NCBI GenBank assembly: GCA_950097015.1
Contig: CATNEN010000007.1
Location: 12,028,001-12,092,000, forward strand
Length of the DNA stretch: 64,000 bases
Direction: 5' to 3'
Source: Macrostomum hystrix
Taxonomy: Eukaryota; Animalia; Platyhelminthes
The position numbers and the translations under genes are program-made. How positions within the stretch are numbered: position 1 is the first letter of the stretch; each line of letters begins with the position of its first letter. The notes beneath the pieces were generated by a model. The model was not told the DNA's origin. It searched no databases and was given only the letters and a program-made list of their open reading frames with translations. Shown here in pieces: positions 63,072 to 64,000 of this stretch.

Positions 63072-64000
63072 ACTTCTACTGCATCAATCGCAATGAAAAT
63101 TTACAAAACCTCTGATGCAATCGAGTTGATTGGATGTGTAAAATTTCAGACTGATTCATGAAAGCGTCTGCGGGTTATTCAATGTTAAAGTGTGTTCGTA
63201 TCTCCGTAGTGTATTTTTGGGAGCCAGCTTGACATTCGCAGGCAGACACTTCTACTGCATCAATCGCAATGAAAATTTACAAAACCTCTGATGCAATCGA
63301 GTTGATTGGATGTGTAAAATTTCAGACTGATTCATGAAAGCGTCTGCGGGTTATTCAATGTTAAAGTGTGTTTCGTATCTCCGTAGTGTATTTTTGGGAG
63401 CCAGCTTGACATTCGCAGGCAGACACTTCTACTGCATCAATCGCAATGAAAATTTACAAAACCTCTGATGCAATCGAGTTGATTGGATGTGTAAATTTTC
63501 AGGCTGATTCATGAAAGCGTCTGCGGGTTATTCAATGTTAAAGTGTGTTTCGTATCTCCGTAGTGTATTTTTGGGAGCCAGCTTGACATTCGCAGGCAGA
63601 CACTTCTACTGCCTCAATCGCAATGAAAATTTACAAAACCTCTGATGCAATCGAGTTGATTGGATGTGTAAAATTTCATGCTGATTCATGAAAGCGTCTG
63701 CGGGTTATTCAATGTTAAAGTGTGTTTCGTATCTCCGTAGTGTATTTTTGGGAGCCAGCTTGACATTCGCAGGCAGACACTTCTACTGCCTCAATCGCAA
63801 TGAAAATTTACAAAACCTCTGATGCAATCGAGTTGATTGGATGTGTAAAATTTCAGGCTGATTCATGAAAGCGTCTGCGGGTTATTCAATGTTAAAGTGT
63901 GTTTCGTATCTCCGTAGTGTATTTTTGGGAGCCAGCTTGACATTCGCAGGCAGACACTTCTACTGCATCAATCGCAATGAAAATTTACAAAACCTCTGAT
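63072..64000. repeat. 177-bp tandem satellite, >5 copies, runs off the 3' edge
   Basis: ACTTCTACTGC recurs at 63072, 63248, 63425, 63602, 63779, 63956. Confidence 0.97.

Overview
Eukaryotic (metazoan) genomic DNA: GC-rich spliced exons separated by AT-rich or minisatellite-filled introns. The style suggests a free-living flatworm such as Macrostomum (inference, not verified). Contents in order: a >9.2 kb 16-bp satellite; a GATA1/2/3-class two-finger transcription factor (-); a complete, very young 4.7 kb Ty3/gypsy LTR retrotransposon (identical 232-bp LTRs, 4-bp TSD) inserted into another 16-bp satellite; a clan-2 cytochrome P450 with an atypical I-helix (-); two non-autonomous DNA transposons; two orphan single-pass membrane ORFs, Ubc13/UBE2N and PAM18/TIM14 in tandem on + (candidate trans-spliced operon); a FAM102/EEIG1 NT-C2 gene (-); a NEK6/7 kinase (-) with two duplicated, mutually incompatible first coding exons that each supply the ATP-binding N-lobe segment; and about 20 unrelated tandem arrays, ending in a 177-bp satellite. 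Best candidates for novelty: the NEK N-lobe exon swap, the retrotransposon recoding architecture (-1 slippery site plus pseudoknot, then a second frame break in the protease), the Thr-less P450, and the putative operon with microproteins. All exon boundaries were read by eye.
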